A stretch of 64,000 nucleotides of DNA. Source: Oceanispirochaeta sp. (GTDB taxonomy: Bacteria > Spirochaetota > Spirochaetia > DSM-2461). The stretch spans positions 1,120,001-1,184,000 of the forward strand of contig CAXXXD010000003.1 in assembly GCA_963663385.2 (NCBI GenBank), read 5' to 3'. The notes beneath the pieces were generated by a model, which was not told where the DNA came from, did not search any database, and saw only the letters and a list, made by a program, of their open reading frames with translations. A program made the translations under genes and the position numbers. Positions within the stretch are counted from its first letter, which is position 1; each line of letters begins with the position of its first letter. Of the stretch, positions 48,107 through 57,581 are shown piece after piece.

Positions 48107-49213
48107 ATGATTGTAGCAATGAACCGTCAGGAGCTTGATAAAGTGACTGAAAGAAAGGTAAAGCATAAAAAGTCTCATGCCGGGGGAAACAGAAAGTTCA
48201 TATCCCTTGCCGGATCAGCAGGGGAACCGGCTATTACAGAGATCATTCTGCGCGGTGGTAATACATCTGTCTGTATGATGGCACTTGTATTGTTCCTATT
48301 TCTCTGCGGTCTTGATCTGCCGTATAATAATATGGCTACAGCCTATGTTCCCGGTTTGAAAAATCTGGAAATCCCCGAGAACATCATACTGGAAAATCTT
48401 GATATTAAAACATTGCGGGCTGATACGGGGATCCGAACTCCTGAAAGGGTGACCGCTGATAAGACCATTCTCTGGGATATCCCGAGTTTTACCTATGTCA
48501 TTAATAAAGGGGATACCATTTCCCAGATATCCCGGCAGTATCATATCAGTCTGAGCACTATTTTAAGTGTAAATAAAATTGATAATGTTAAGAAGATGAG
48601 CCCCGGTCACGTGCTGATCATTCCCGAACTGGAAGGGATTCTGTATACCTGTTCCAAAGATGATACGATAGAGTCCCTGATCGAAGCCTATAAAATTGAA
48701 ATAAGTGAACTGATTCAGCATAATCCCTATATGTATCTGGAAAATGGTGAATTTGTGCTGAAGAGCGGACAGGAAGTATTTATTCCCGGGGTTAGAATCC
48801 CTGAGGGGGATCTCAGGGAACAGATGGGTGAGCTTTTTATCTTTCCCGTTCAGGGAGGCGTTATTAAGGGATTCGGCAGTATTGTAGACTGTGTGACGCA
48901 GATTGAATCGTTTCATAATGGCATAGATATTAAAGGATCTTTGGGAGATCCGGTTAAAGCATCTCTGGATGGGAGGGTTATTGCTGTGGGATTTAATTCG
49001 TCCTACGGTAATTATATTATACTTGAGCATACAGGCGGGTACAGGAGTTTATACGCTCAGTTAGAGAAAAGCAATGTAAGAAGGAACGATAAAGTATTAC
49101 AGGGTGAGATAATAGCGAATGTTGGAGCCAGCGGGTATGCCAGAGAAGCACATTTGCATTTTTCACTCTTTAAAGGTAAGAAAAGTATTGATCCATTGGA
49201 CTATCTGCACTAA
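48107..49213 (+). CDS. LysM-domain M23 family peptidase
   Basis: Two LysM repeats (YVINKGDTISQI, YTCSKDDTIESL); HNGID and HLHF motifs. Confidence 0.88.
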   Translation: MIVAMNRQELDKVTERKVKHKKSHAGGNRKFISLAGSAGEPAITEIILRGGNTSVCMMALVLFLFLCGLDLPYNNMATAYVPGLKNLEIPENIILENLDIKTLRADTGIRTPERVTADKTILWDIPSFTYVINKGDTISQISRQYHISLSTILSVNKIDNVKKMSPGHVLIIPELEGILYTCSKDDTIESLIEAYKIEISELIQHNPYMYLENGEFVLKSGQEVFIPGVRIPEGDLREQMGELFIFPVQGGVIKGFGSIVDCVTQIESFHNGIDIKGSLGDPVKASLDGRVIAVGFNSSYGNYIILEHTGGYRSLYAQLEKSNVRRNDKVLQGEIIANVGASGYAREAHLHFSLFKGKKSIDPLDYLH

Positions 49214-49236
49214 TATGAATAAGAATGAATAACAGG

Positions 49237-49256
49237 TTGTCCACAGGTTATCCACC
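49237..49256 (+). promoter_or_regulatory. Two tandem DnaA-box-like sequences
   Basis: TTGTCCACA (49237-45) and TTATCCACC (49248-56), each one mismatch from TTATCCACA, 11-bp period. Confidence 0.5.
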
Positions 49257-49274
49257 CCAGGAGGTTTGACAACA

Positions 49275-49406
49275 ATGAGAAAACTGGTATTCTTTATTAT
49301 TGCGATGTTGGCTCTGTTTAATTTAATCCGGGCTTTCGCAACCTATAACACTCAGACTTATCCTGATGATCCCATGCAGATTATCCAGTATGAGCCTGAA
49401 AGTTAA
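49275..49406 (+). CDS. Unannotated 43-aa small membrane or secreted protein
   Basis: SD CAGGAGG; MRKLVFFIIAMLALFNLIRAFATYNTQTYPDDPMQIIQYEPES; followed by a terminator. Confidence 0.6.
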   Translation: MRKLVFFIIAMLALFNLIRAFATYNTQTYPDDPMQIIQYEPES

Positions 49407-49444
49407 TCACCTGCTGATTAAACAGGTATTCATAAGAGAATATT

Positions 49445-49478
49445 AAAAAGCCGTTCTGTTTTCAGAACGGCTTTTTTT
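49445..49478. terminator. Bidirectional intrinsic terminator
   Basis: AAAAAGCCGTTCTG-TTTT-CAGAACGGCTTTTTT. Confidence 0.85.
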
Positions 49479-49482
49479 ATTT

Positions 49483-49665
49483 CTATCTGCTTACTGACAA
49501 AGCGCAGGCACATCTTTGCAGATAACGCTTCATAGAATTCCATCTTTCAGAATTTTCAGTCTGGAGTGTTCCTTTCTCCTTTGTCTCTGTGTGAACCATC
49601 AGTTCCGTTCCCCGTTTCATCAGATGCGAATACATATTGTCTTTTCTGTCAATTGAATTACCCAT
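49483..49665 (-). CDS. Small hypothetical ORF (60 aa), possibly a remnant
   Basis: SD GAGAGG, upstream TATAAA, ends at the terminator; divergent from the MocR remnant. Confidence 0.45.
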   Translation of the reverse strand: MGNSIDRKDNMYSHLMKRGTELMVHTETKEKGTLQTENSERWNSMKRYLQRCACALSVSR

Positions 49666-49735
49666 AACTAACCTCTCTCTTGATTCAAGTTCTACAATTA
49701 CTTGTTACAACCTTGCTTACTTTTATACTTGCATT

Positions 49736-49782
49736 ATTGGATACATAAGAGAGCCAATATTATTGTTTTTTATAGGGCCACT
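49736..49782. promoter_or_regulatory. MocR/GabR-type operator (two direct plus one inverted repeat)
   Basis: ATTGGAT (49736-42), AGAGCCAAT (49750-58), AGGGCCACT (49774-82). Confidence 0.5.
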
Positions 49783-49802
49783 ATGATTATTTAAAAAGTT
49801 AG

Positions 49803-50237
49803 ATTCAGTTAGGAAGCATTGCAGGCTGTCGGGGTGCAAAGTATACCCGGTCTGTACAGAAAGGGCTGGCTCTTTTTTTCAGTCAGGGTGAGCTGCAGAA
49901 GCACTTTAAAAAAATGAAAAAGAGGTATAAGGAGAAACAGTCTCTGTTTCTGACTATACTGGAAGCTACATTCGGAGAAAGTATAACCATATCGGGGATT
50001 GATACCGGTCTCTATCTTACAGTTTCTTTCAAGGGAGTAGAGTTTGACTCAAGGAGGGCTGATTTGGTGGAAAAGTCCGGTATCGTAGCAAATTATGTGT
50101 ATCGGCACTATTGGCCCTACAGGAGCGTATCCAGTGATCCCGGTATGATTCTCGGTTATGGTAATCTTGAAGAAGACGAAATGCGCCGGGGAATGGAAAC
50201 ATTGAGAAGCCTACTTCCGTCACTGACGGGAAAATGA
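49803..50237 (+). pseudogene. C-terminal remnant of a MocR/GabR (GntR-PLP) regulator
   Basis: SVQKGLALFFSQGELQKHFKKMKKRY...GIDTGLYL...ILGYGNLEEDEM; wHTH and most of the aminotransferase-like domain missing. Confidence 0.75.
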
Positions 50238-50252
50238 TATTTCATCCTCCAA

Positions 50253-50297
50253 TCCGGTCCAGCCTGTACTCCTCTGAGGGAGGCAGACTGGACCGGA
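50253..50297. terminator. Long hairpin downstream of secA
   Basis: TCCGGTCCAGCCTG...CAGACTGGACCGGA. Confidence 0.55.
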
Positions 50298-50301
50298 GTG
50301 G

Positions 50302-53043
50302 TCAGGACCCGCAGCAGTTTTTATATTTCTTTCCGCTTCCGCAGGGACACGGTTCGTTCCGTCCAACCTTGGGAGCGGCTCTTCTTATCTGCATCTTCTG
50401 AGCATTAGCCTCACTTCTTTCGCCGGATCTCCCTGCTGCAAAGCTGTTTACCGCGCTGTGGGACGCCTGAATAGGACGGCTGCCGGCCTGACGGTACCTG
50501 TCATCACTGGCTTTTCGTACCTTAACCCGGTATATTTTACGGGCCAGGGCAATCCTCATATCATCAATCAGCTGATCAAAAATCTGAAACCCTTCGTTTT
50601 TGTATTCTACCAGGGGGTTTTTCTGGGCATAAGACCTTAGGTAAACAGCTTCACGCAGGGCTTCCAGGTTTTCAAGGTGTTCCTGCCACCGGTTATCCAG
50701 ATTTTTGAGGTACTCAAAGCGGATAAACTGATTCAGCTGTTCAGAACCAACCAGATCTTTTTTCTCTTCAAGATCCTTCTTCAGGACGTTTATGAGATGA
50801 GATTCCCACTCTTCCTCAGGGATTTCTGTAATAGCTGAAGCTTTATCTTCATTGGAATAATTAAAATTTTCCTTTAAACGGTTCAATAGCCGGGGGAGGG
50901 CATCATCGCCCCTTTTATTATCGGATCTGTAGTCCTCCATCAGTATTCCGACAATTTCTTCACCTGTCTCCTGAATCTTTTCGGTTAAATCGACAGTGGA
51001 AAGTATTTCATCTCTCTGTTCATAGATATAGGTTCGCTGTTTGCTCAAAACATCATCGTAGTCCAATAAATGTTTACGGATCTCATAGTTCCTGTCCTCA
51101 ACCCGTTTCTGAGCTCTTTCGAGGGAGCGGTTAATCAGAGCGTGGTGAAGGGGCTCGTCTCCCTCCATCCCCAGTCTGGACATGGTATTTTTAAAGTTCT
51201 CTCCGCCAAAGAGCCGCATCAGATCATCATCCAGGGAAATATAAAACTGGGAATACCCGGGATCGCCCTGACGTCCGGAACGACCGCGAAGCTGATTGTC
51301 AATACGACGGGATTCATGCCTTTCCGAACCAATAACATAAAGACCGCCCAATTGCCGGACTTCTTCATTCTGAGCCCGCCATTTTCGGGTCTCTTCTTTT
51401 ATAAGCGCCTTAATTTCTTCATCTCCGGCATCAGATCCGGCTTTTCTTATGGCTCTGGATTCGGGATTTCCCCCCAGCTTTATATCCGTACCGCGTCCAG
51501 CCATATTGGTGGCTATGGTTATGGAACCTTTTGCACCGGCTTCGGCAATGATCAGGGCTTCTCTATGGTGGTTTTTGGCATTCAGGATCTCATGTTTAAT
51601 ACCTCTGTGTTTCAAAACCTGGGAAAGCTTTTCCGATTTTTCTACAGAAACCGTACCAACGAGAATAGGCTGACCCTTTTCATGGACTTCGGCTATCCTA
51701 TCGCAGATGGCATTGAACTTGTAATCTTCATTTAAATAGATGACATCATCAGCATCTATACGATTAACAGGGCGGTTGGTCGGAATAACCACTACTTCCA
51801 GACCGTAAATCTTGCCGAATTCCCGGGCTTCCGTATCGGCTGTACCGGTCATTCCGGAGATCTTGTCGTACATTCTGAAAAAGTTCTGAAAGGTAATACT
51901 GGCCAGGGTTCTGTTCTTTTTTGCAATCTTTATATTTTCTTTTGCTTCAATAGCCTGGTGCAGTCCGTCGGAATACCGTCGACCGGTCAGAACACGTCCT
52001 GTAAACTCATCAACAATCTGAACTGCGCCATCCTGAATCACATAATCCACATCATTATGAAAGAGGTGGTGGGCTTTCATGGCCTGAGTAAAGTAGTGAA
52101 TGTATTCGAAGTTTTCCTCTTCGAAGAGGGATTCGGTTATTAGTTTTCTGGATTGAAGGAGCCGTTCGATATTGTTCATACCTTCATCGGTAAAAACAAC
52201 TTTTTTACTCTTCTCATCCAGTTTATAATCTCCCTTGGGTTGAACTCCTGTTATGGGATCTTCAAGGGGATAATCACCGGTTTGCGGATCTTTCTCACAT
52301 TCCTTTAAAAAGGATACAAGTTGATTCACCTGGGAAAATTTGCTGGTATCGTCCTGTATGGGACCGGAAATAATCAAAGGCGTTCTGGCTTCATCAATTA
52401 AGATACTGTCAATTTCATCAATAATACAGAAAGGGTGGTTTTTCTGGGCCTTTTTATCCAGACTCCAGCGCATATTATCTCTGAGGTAGTCAAATCCGAA
52501 CTCATTATTTGTTCCGAATGTAATGTCCCGTCCGTACTCTACCTGCCTTCTTTCGGGATCCATTTCGGAGAGGATAACTCCCACACTGATTCCCAGGTAG
52601 TCATAGACCGGTTTCATCCAGGCCGCATCACGGGATGCCAGGTAGTCATTAACAGTTATTATATGAACACCTTTCCCTGCCAGAGCATTCAGATAAGCCG
52701 GGGCAACACTGGAAAGGGTTTTACCCTCACCGGTCTTCATTTCCATAATCTTACCCTGATGCAGGACGATACCGCCCAATAGCTGAACATCATAGGGCCG
52801 TTCCCCCAGTGTTCTCCGGGCCGCTTCCCGGCAGAGGGCGAAAGCCTCAGGCAGGATGTCATCAAGAGATTCCCCGTCTGATAAGCGTTTCTTAAAAGAA
52901 AGGGTCTGTTCCTTAAAAGCCTCGACAGGCATACCAATGGCCCACTGCTCTTTTGCATTTATAGCATGTAATATCGGAAGTAGTTGTTTTAGATCTTTAT
53001 CCTGCTTTGTACCCAGGAAAAGTGACAATATCTTATTAATCAT
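50302..53043 (-). CDS. secA: Preprotein translocase ATPase SecA
   Basis: [57 protein letters not shown] ([18 protein letters not shown]). Start at MINKIL. Confidence 0.98.
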   Translation of the reverse strand: MINKILSLFLGTKQDKDLKQLLPILHAINAKEQWAIGMPVEAFKEQTLSFKKRLSDGESLDDILPEAFALCREAARRTLGERPYDVQLLGGIVLHQGKIMEMKTGEGKTLSSVAPAYLNALAGKGVHIITVNDYLASRDAAWMKPVYDYLGISVGVILSEMDPERRQVEYGRDITFGTNNEFGFDYLRDNMRWSLDKKAQKNHPFCIIDEIDSILIDEARTPLIISGPIQDDTSKFSQVNQLVSFLKECEKDPQTGDYPLEDPITGVQPKGDYKLDEKSKKVVFTDEGMNNIERLLQSRKLITESLFEEENFEYIHYFTQAMKAHHLFHNDVDYVIQDGAVQIVDEFTGRVLTGRRYSDGLHQAIEAKENIKIAKKNRTLASITFQNFFRMYDKISGMTGTADTEAREFGKIYGLEVVVIPTNRPVNRIDADDVIYLNEDYKFNAICDRIAEVHEKGQPILVGTVSVEKSEKLSQVLKHRGIKHEILNAKNHHREALIIAEAGAKGSITIATNMAGRGTDIKLGGNPESRAIRKAGSDAGDEEIKALIKEETRKWRAQNEEVRQLGGLYVIGSERHESRRIDNQLRGRSGRQGDPGYSQFYISLDDDLMRLFGGENFKNTMSRLGMEGDEPLHHALINRSLERAQKRVEDRNYEIRKHLLDYDDVLSKQRTYIYEQRDEILSTVDLTEKIQETGEEIVGILMEDYRSDNKRGDDALPRLLNRLKENFNYSNEDKASAITEIPEEEWESHLINVLKKDLEEKKDLVGSEQLNQFIRFEYLKNLDNRWQEHLENLEALREAVYLRSYAQKNPLVEYKNEGFQIFDQLIDDMRIALARKIYRVKVRKASDDRYRQAGSRPIQASHSAVNSFAAGRSGERSEANAQKMQIRRAAPKVGRNEPCPCGSGKKYKNCCGS

Positions 53044-53109
53044 GGAACAAATGTACGGCTTTTCTGCCGGGTCGTCAAGATTGACATTCAGAACATGGGC
53101 GTGTAGGAT
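53044..53109. promoter_or_regulatory. Back-to-back sigma70 promoters (secA / lipoprotein operon)
   Basis: Minus: TTGACG-N17-TACATT-N6-ATG. Plus: TTGACA-N17-TAGGAT. The -35 boxes are 2 bp apart. Confidence 0.7.
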
Positions 53110-53150
53110 ATTTTTAATTATAAGCCTGATAGGACAGGAGTTGTTCACAG

Positions 53151-54323
53151 TTGATGACCAGATTAAAAACCGTATCGATTTTACTGCTTGGCGTTTTTAT
53201 TTTATTCTCCTGCCGATCCGAGAATAAACTGCTTGAAAAAGAAGATCTTTTTGTCATTCCCATGGGTGTTATGGCTGATGAACTGGACTATTTCTATCGA
53301 TCAAACTCTCTTTTACCCGGAGAAAGCGATTTATATGTAAAAAACGGACGTATTTTTCTGACAAGCAGTCACGCCGGTAAAATCATGGAAATGAATTCCT
53401 ACGGAGACCTCCTGAGTCTTATTTACAATCCGGAAAAAAATCCTGAACCATCACACTATCATAAGCAGGATAACAAGGAAGAAAACCTGATCCGGATTAA
53501 AAAATGGAATTTCCGCAATATAGAGCATATAGCTGTTACTGATGAGGGGATGCTGATTGTCGATCAGGTGGATGAGAATCTTTCCACCCTGACAGATAGG
53601 GGCCTGTATAACCGTATAATCCTCCGTTTTAACAGTGATGGTGAATATAGCGATTCTCTGGGGCAGGAGGGGATCAACGGAACCCCGTTTGCCTATATTC
53701 AGGATTTGCAGATTACGGAACGGGGTGATGTTGTTGTCATTTCACAGTCCGCTTCGGACAATACGGTTTCATGGTTCTCCTCAAAAGGACAACTGCTGTA
53801 TAAAGTAATTCTTGATAAGGATCATCTCCCGGTCATCGAAGAGGAGGGCTGGAGTATTGGTCAGGCCGAAAAAATTTCTGCAGACCTCACTGATTATAAA
53901 CTCTATATCAAGGTGGGGTATTTCCCTTTGAGTGATTCTCCGGATCAGATAGCTCTCAGTCGGCTTTATACCCTTGACCTGCAGGCTGAAGAGTATACCG
54001 GTTATTTCGATGTCCCAAGATTCGAAATTGAATTGGGGGAGCAGGTAATAGAAGGGGTTAATGAATACCTTGGAACCGTATCCGGGGGGCTTCATTTTTT
54101 CCTGGGATCAAATTACAGCGGTAGATACTATCTGACTGTTATGGATGAAAAAGGCGCTGTAAAAACAAACCGTGTTCTTCGTATTGAGGATCAGGATATA
54201 ATCTATAAAAAACTGTTTCTTGATCCCAGCGGCCTGCTGGCTGCGGTTTTCTACGAAGAAAAGGGGGCGCGTTTATCCTGGTGGCGGGCTGATCGAATTG
54301 TAGAGCGGTATGCGGAAGATTAA
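53151..54323 (+). CDS. Spirochaetal lipoprotein (possibly beta-propeller-like)
   Basis: ILFSC lipobox; [25 protein letters not shown]; divergent from secA. Confidence 0.75.
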   Translation: MMTRLKTVSILLLGVFILFSCRSENKLLEKEDLFVIPMGVMADELDYFYRSNSLLPGESDLYVKNGRIFLTSSHAGKIMEMNSYGDLLSLIYNPEKNPEPSHYHKQDNKEENLIRIKKWNFRNIEHIAVTDEGMLIVDQVDENLSTLTDRGLYNRIILRFNSDGEYSDSLGQEGINGTPFAYIQDLQITERGDVVVISQSASDNTVSWFSSKGQLLYKVILDKDHLPVIEEEGWSIGQAEKISADLTDYKLYIKVGYFPLSDSPDQIALSRLYTLDLQAEEYTGYFDVPRFEIELGEQVIEGVNEYLGTVSGGLHFFLGSNYSGRYYLTVMDEKGAVKTNRVLRIEDQDIIYKKLFLDPSGLLAAVFYEEKGARLSWWRADRIVERYAED

Positions 54324-54813
54324 TAGGGGCCCTGAAACATTTTCTCCCGGTGACCTTCATTCTGAATACTCAAGGGAGGAACGGGAGCGGATCAGCCGTT
54401 TTACCGATGGGCGTCACAGTACACATAGAAAAATGGGATTTCAGAAAATCCTTCTGTTTGACCTTTTGTTTCTTTTTATAATCGGCGGGATTATCGTTCC
54501 TTTTATTGTGAATCGGAATATGAAAGGCCGTATTGAGTCTCTTGCATTTAGAATGGAACTGAGAAGAGACGAATCGGATCTTCTGATTTCTTTAAAAATA
54601 CGGAATTCCGAAAGTCTTTCCGCAGTGGATCAGTTCATCTACCTTGAATTAAGCCCGGGAGAGTATGAGTCCGTGTATTTCGAAGAGCTTCCTCCTCCTG
54701 CAGGGGAGGAACGGGTTATTCGTTACAGATTGGAGAATATTGATGATCCCCTCGGGATCTATTATCGTATTACCTGGAAAGAGACAAGCATCCGGTTAAG
54801 CGGAAAATTATAA
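54310..54813 (+). CDS. Hypothetical single-pass membrane protein
   Basis: YSREERE N-terminus, one TM helix; coupled to the upstream lipoprotein. Confidence 0.65.
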   Translation: MRKINRGPETFSPGDLHSEYSREERERISRFTDGRHSTHRKMGFQKILLFDLLFLFIIGGIIVPFIVNRNMKGRIESLAFRMELRRDESDLLISLKIRNSESLSAVDQFIYLELSPGEYESVYFEELPPPAGEERVIRYRLENIDDPLGIYYRITWKETSIRLSGKL

Positions 54814-54896
54814 AAAAAGTTGACTGATATTTTTCAATTGAATATGATTTTATTATCAGCTTTCGGAAACGAAACTGGTTGGGAGGATAATTTATC

Positions 54897-55307
54897 ATGC
54901 AGATTTACTTTTTGGTTGTTATTACGCATATCCTGTCCGGATTAGTCTTGAGCGGCGCTTTCCTGTCAGAAAAATTCCCCGGGTTTGGTCCCTGTAATGT
55001 GATGATGCAGAATACCAGATTTAAACTTGTCCTTGGAATCATAACAGTGCTGTCTGCGCTTTTTACCCTACTTGTTAAAGTCTCTCCGGCAGATGTGATT
55101 ATCCTGGGTGATCTTCTCCCGGCATTTTCAGGTGCTTTAATGGGTTCGTATCTGATAATGTCATTCTTCTATGACAGCCTTGAAGAGACCAGAAGCTGGA
55201 TGAAAAGCTTTGTGGATTTAATGGAGGATAGGGGCTTTATTTTTGGATTAGCCGGATTGATCATCGGCCTTATTCATTTTCTTGTTCCGACTGCCATCAT
55301 CCTGTAA
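54897..55307 (+). CDS. Hypothetical four-TM membrane protein
   Basis: Hydrophobic, ILGDLLPA motif; promoter TTGACT-N17-TATGAT and SD GGGAGG. Confidence 0.75.
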   Translation: MQIYFLVVITHILSGLVLSGAFLSEKFPGFGPCNVMMQNTRFKLVLGIITVLSALFTLLVKVSPADVIILGDLLPAFSGALMGSYLIMSFFYDSLEETRSWMKSFVDLMEDRGFIFGLAGLIIGLIHFLVPTAIIL

Positions 55308-55308
55308 T

Positions 55309-55707
55309 ATGAAAAAGTACCAATCCATTGCCGGTCTGGCAGAAAGAAACGGACTCTATTTTCTGGCAAAAAGAAAACCCGGCGGGGATTTGGGAGGTTT
55401 ATGGGAACTGCCCGGCGGGAAACTTGAAGAGGGCGAAAGCCCTTCCCAGGCTATGGAACGGGAGTGGATGGAAGAGCTGGAGATAAAGGTCTCAACCGGT
55501 GTCCTCCTTGGAAGCAGTTGTTTTACCCATCATGATAAGGATTTTATTCTGGAACTCTATCAGGTAAGTTTTTCCAGGCAGGATATGCATCTGAATGAAC
55601 ATGTGGAAACCGGCTGGTTCTCAAAAGCGGAGATAGATAAACTGGATCTGGCCGATTCGGATAGAATGGTATTATCAAAAATTTGGCCGGAGATTTCTCC
55701 GGCCTGA
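55309..55707 (+). CDS. NUDIX hydrolase (MutT/NudG-like)
   Basis: WELPGGKLEEGESPSQAMEREWMEELEI Nudix box. Confidence 0.9.
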   Translation: MKKYQSIAGLAERNGLYFLAKRKPGGDLGGLWELPGGKLEEGESPSQAMEREWMEELEIKVSTGVLLGSSCFTHHDKDFILELYQVSFSRQDMHLNEHVETGWFSKAEIDKLDLADSDRMVLSKIWPEISPA

Positions 55708-55730
55708 ATATCCTAATAAACGGGAACTAT

Positions 55731-56159
55731 TCAGGGTTCCCTTCTGATCTGAAAATTTTCAATCTCATTTACTTCTATATCTTTATAACGTCCGGTAGAA
55801 CCCTTACCAGTAAAATAATAGATCAGATCATCCATATCATCCTGTCCGGTTACAAGTGAGTAACGGACGTAACACTCTCCCTGTTCTATCTCTTTCCGGT
55901 AGGGATTGAAACCCATATAAAGAGGATCAATCAATTCCCGTATCCGGTTACGGAGTCCGCCATAAAAAGCACGTTCGACCATAATCAGATCCAGTTTTTT
56001 TCCGTTTTTCATAAAAATCTGAAAGACTCCCCCGTCTGATGGAACGATTCCATGAATCAGGAAGCGATCCATCAGAATAAAAGGGGACCAGGTTACTGAA
56101 AAACAAGCTATGCCCCTGCGTATATGAGAAAGATTCGTACAGTATTTTTCCAGCATCAA
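55731..56159 (-). CDS. Hypothetical protein (start uncertain; 56012 plausible)
   Basis: ORF filling the gap after glgC; no recognisable motif. Confidence 0.5.
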   Translation of the reverse strand: MMLEKYCTNLSHIRRGIACFSVTWSPFILMDRFLIHGIVPSDGGVFQIFMKNGKKLDLIMVERAFYGGLRNRIRELIDPLYMGFNPYRKEIEQGECYVRYSLVTGQDDMDDLIYYFTGKGSTGRYKDIEVNEIENFQIRREP

Positions 56160-57433
56160 ATAACAGTTCCATCCGGAATAATGGCATTTTTGGGAATGAT
56201 AATAATACCATCCCTTATAAAATGAGTCTGTTTTTCCACATCTTCCCGAACGATATTATCAACACCGATACGGCACTCTTTTCCAATTTTCACATTTTTA
56301 TCAATAATGGCTTTACGAATCTGTGTTCCTTCACCAATTCCTATATCAGGGATTTTCAAATCCCTGTTTTTCTGTTTATCCCTTTCGGTCTCGTAAAAAT
56401 CCATTCCCATGGCGTATACCTGATCCAGGTTGGCTCCTTTGTGAATTATACTTCTGACTCCAAGGATCGAGTCGGTAATGGAGTCCGCGTTTATAATGGA
56501 TCCTTCCGTTGCCAGGGCTCTCTGGAAGTTACAGGAATTAATCTTGGATGCGGGCAGATCTCTTCTGTGACAGTAGATGGGATTTTCCTTATCGTAGAGA
56601 TTGAATTTAGGCCAGGGCTTGGCAAGATCAAGGTTCGATTCAAAGAAGTTGGGGATAGTTCCGATATCTTCCCAGTATCCCTTATAGATATGGGCTCTTA
56701 CCCTGGCTTTTTCTATCATCATGGGGATAACTTCCTTGCCGAAATCCGTAAAGTCATTATCCAATCCCCGGTCCATGGCCGACGCATTGAAAATATAAAT
56801 ACCCATTGATGCCAGATAATCTTTTCCCTCAGGTATATTCTCTTCCAGCTTTCTGGATTCGGGGATGCGGTATTCATCAATATTTTTCTCAGGACCCGGT
56901 TTTTCCAGAAACTGATTTATCTGTCCTTTATTATCCAGTTGAAGGATTCCCAGCTGATCCGCATCTTTGCGGGAAACAGGAGTGGACGCTATGGTTACAT
57001 CCGCACCGCTCTGCAAATGCTCTCTGAAGAATTCTTTCAAGTTCATTCTATACAACTGGTCTCCCGAGAGTATCATATAATGGGTTGGTTTATGGGAATG
57101 AAAATGGTAGGTATTCTGCCTTACCGCATCGGCGGTACCCATATACCATTCCGAATTCTCAAAGGTCTGTTCCGCCGCAAGCACTTCAACGAATCCACCG
57201 GCAAATGAATCAAAACGGTAGGTTGAGCTGATATGAAAATGGAGGGATGCCGTATTAAACTGAGTTAGAATATAAATATTTCTGAATTTGGAATTAATAC
57301 AGTTGGAAATGGGGATGTCCACCAGCCGGTATTTTCCACCGAAGGGAACAGCCGGTTTGGCTCTTTCCTTCGTTAACGGATAGAGTCTGGTTCCTTTACC
57401 TCCCCCCAGGATTACACTTAAAATTTCAGCCAT
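56156..57433 (-). CDS. glgC: Glucose-1-phosphate adenylyltransferase
   Basis: ILGGGKGTRLYPLT..RAKPAVPFGGKYRLVD, WYMGTADAV, FLEKP, YWEDIGT. Confidence 0.97.
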   Translation of the reverse strand: MAEILSVILGGGKGTRLYPLTKERAKPAVPFGGKYRLVDIPISNCINSKFRNIYILTQFNTASLHFHISSTYRFDSFAGGFVEVLAAEQTFENSEWYMGTADAVRQNTYHFHSHKPTHYMILSGDQLYRMNLKEFFREHLQSGADVTIASTPVSRKDADQLGILQLDNKGQINQFLEKPGPEKNIDEYRIPESRKLEENIPEGKDYLASMGIYIFNASAMDRGLDNDFTDFGKEVIPMMIEKARVRAHIYKGYWEDIGTIPNFFESNLDLAKPWPKFNLYDKENPIYCHRRDLPASKINSCNFQRALATEGSIINADSITDSILGVRSIIHKGANLDQVYAMGMDFYETERDKQKNRDLKIPDIGIGEGTQIRKAIIDKNVKIGKECRIGVDNIVREDVEKQTHFIRDGIIIIPKNAIIPDGTVI

Positions 57434-57581
57434 GTTATTCTCTCCTTAAATGTACGGGGGCTATATTATGCATTATGCTTTTTACCCTGTTCTGATGCGG
57501 GAATGAATTGTCCCGTTTTAATTATTATAATTCCTGATGATTATAGGTCAAGGAACTTTTAAAATATGTTAAGGTAATTTC

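Noticed and set aside
49231..49260. Possible oriC
   Set aside because: Only two imperfect DnaA boxes, no dnaA/dnaN nearby and no extended box array.
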